A stretch of DNA of 63,923 bases, counting the filler, from Octopus bimaculoides (Eukaryota), in assembly GCF_001194135.2 (NCBI RefSeq). It is 8 parts of 7 records of this genome, joined end to end, with 100 filler letters (N's around TTAATTAATTAA, not from the genome) between each part and the next. Parts side by side here need not be neighbours in the genome. Positions count along the whole stretch, not along the records: positions 60,347 to 62,377 come from NC_068981.1; positions 62,478 to 63,923 come from NW_026299878.1; 6 more parts are not named here. One strand, written 5' to 3'. Of this stretch, positions 61,951-63,923 are shown piece by piece (position 1 is the first letter of the stretch; each line of letters starts with the position of its first letter). The position numbers were made by a program, and so were the translations under genes. The notes below the pieces were generated by a model. The model did no database searches and was not told the DNA's origin. It worked only from the letters and a program-made list of their open reading frames with translations.

Positions 61951-62899
61951 ACTGCTACAACGTATTCAACGTATAAAACATTTGTCCAAGATTCTATACT
62001 GTGGAATCGAGCGCGGAACCTTATGTTTGCGAAGAGAATGTCTTAACTTATGTGCCATACTGCACCTAATTACACACATATCCACGTATGCATATTTGTA
62101 TATATACACACATGCATGCATGCATGTGTGTTCATGTGTCCACGTGTGTGTGTTTGTACATGCATTTGCACATACATACGCAACAAAATTACTCAGCTTT
62201 CGGCAGCCAAATTCGTCTTACAAAATATTGCTTCTCTCTTTTGTTGAAGACTTACTCAAGCTACAAATCATCGAACTCAGAACAATCATATATATATATA
62301 TATATATATATAATTATGTGGAGAATTGCGCGGTTTAAACAATAAATTACCTGCCTCTGGATACCTTCTAACGAAGANNNNNNNNNNNNNNNNNNNNNNN
62401 NNNNNNNNNNNNNNNNNNNNNTTAATTAATTAANNNNNNNNNNNNNNNNNNNNNNNNNNNNNNNNNNNNNNNNNNNNATATATATATATATATACACAAA
62501 CACAGACACACACACACACACACACACGCACACACACATATATACATATATAAAATTTTTAGTACGAGATACAAATTTCGGTTGCCAGTAATTTACATCC
62601 AAATAAGAATACATGTATACACTTTTCTCATGTTACTTCATTTACATTTTATTATTTTTATTATTCTTTATTATTTGAATTTTTGGTATACACATGTGTT
62701 TATTGATCCTGGAAGTACATGAATGGAACAATGTATCCATCGAATCACGTCTTATAAATCACTGAAAGCATGATTCCGTTTATGTGGATGTAAATTACTG
62801 ACAAAACATTTTGACAATATATTATATCTTAGCTCATGCTCAAAGGAGAAAAATTAAGTTCAGCAGTTCAGTATTGCTTCAGTAGCCACTGTGTTCTAA

Positions 62900-63720
62900 C
62901 GAATTCAGAAAAAAAGCGGAAAGATACAAATACGTAGGGGTATTTGAAGGGGACAGAATCAAACATTCAGTGATGAGGGAAAGGATCAGAAGAAAATGTT
63001 ATCGCAGGGTAAGGGCAATACTCAAGAGAGAGCTGAATACAAGAAACAGGATCGAAGCGATCAATACTTTAGCCATACCGGTGGTGACTTACAGTTTGAA
63101 TATCTTTAACATGTCAATTACTGAAATATGTAATTTTGACAGAGAAATACGAAAATTATTGACAAAGCATAGAATGCACCACCTTAAGGCAGATATAAAA
63201 TGTCTTTATCTGCCAAGAAAAGAGGGAGGCCGTGAAATTTTACAACTGGAATTAACAATGAAAATTGCTATAATCGGCCTGGACACCCACCTGAACATCT
63301 CTGATGACTGGATGTTAAAATTTGTCTCAAATCATGAAAACAAGAAAGCATCATACTCAGTAACAAAACAGGCAAAGGAATATCTAAGTGAATTCCAAAT
63401 ACAACAAATTCCAGAATTAGACATACTAGAAACAAGCACAGAAAAAGCTAAGCGTATGAAAACCCGTGCTAAAACTGCTGCCTTAGATATTATTAATGAT
63501 AAATGGCAAGAAAAATTTCTCAATGTCAAATGCCCAAAGAGAGCTAAAAGTGTCCTTGTTGGCATAGCCCTTACTCATCAATGGTTAGTGGCTTCTGGCA
63601 TAAAATCAGAAACAGAAGGGTTTATCATAGCAGCCCAAGTTCAATGCCTACCTGCAAGAAACTCCCAGGGCAACGTACTAGCGACAACTAGAATAGTTAG
63701 GAGATCACTTTGCATTTAAG
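62900..63720 (+). mobile_element. R4/Dong-clade RT-thumb fragment
   Basis: ORF 62970-63719 reads YRRVRAILK.ELN.RN.I.AINTLAIPV..YS...MHH.KADI..LYLPRKEGGR...GIKSETEGFIIAAQ.Q.LP.RN. Confidence 0.88.
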
Positions 63721-63874
63721 GTTACTTGTTAAAGCCCGATGCTAGGAATTTTTCTTTTCCAACTGTCGTATCTGTTACGTGTATATGAAAAAATAATGTT
63801 AATCATCACATATGTGTGTTTATGTGTGCGTGTGTGATGTATGTGTGTGTTTATTATACTGGTGGAATAGATTC

Positions 63875-63923
<49 letters not shown>

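Overview
AT-rich, repeat-dense animal genomic DNA. The SINE/LINE complement (tRNA-headed CORE-type SINEs with internal (TA)n/(CA)n, abundant RTE 3' ends) points to an octopus/coleoid cephalopod; this is an inference, not a database match. The only host gene I can support is on the minus strand between 23009 and 2651. It consists of nine GT-AG exons that splice in frame (1530 nt, about 510 codons) into TIL-E-TIL'-E'-VWD-C8-TIL, the D2-end/D'/D3 part of a von Willebrand factor / gel-forming mucin / SCO-spondin family secreted protein. It most resembles SCO-spondin-type D3. Three of the exons are too short to appear in the ORF track, and the gene is incomplete at both ends. The rest of the window is degenerate transposable elements (RTE, L2/CR1-like, Tx1/L1, R4/Dong, Hero, Penelope, Tc1, mariner, maT-like, Tigger/pogo, Helitron, piggyBac/hAT/Tc1 MITEs, at least four SINE families), microsatellites and N gaps. 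Seven 100-bp gaps contain an artificial TTAATTAATTAA linker. Best leads: (1) repeated pairwise cysteine losses and an atypical D3 polymerisation interface in the protein, (2) a stack of R4/Dong 3' ends separated by (TAA)n tracts, (3) a candidate hammerhead ribozyme downstream of a Penelope GIY-YIG fragment, and (4) a 443-bp foldback element. I see no CRISPR arrays, rRNA or true tRNA genes. All family names come from recalled motifs, not from searches.
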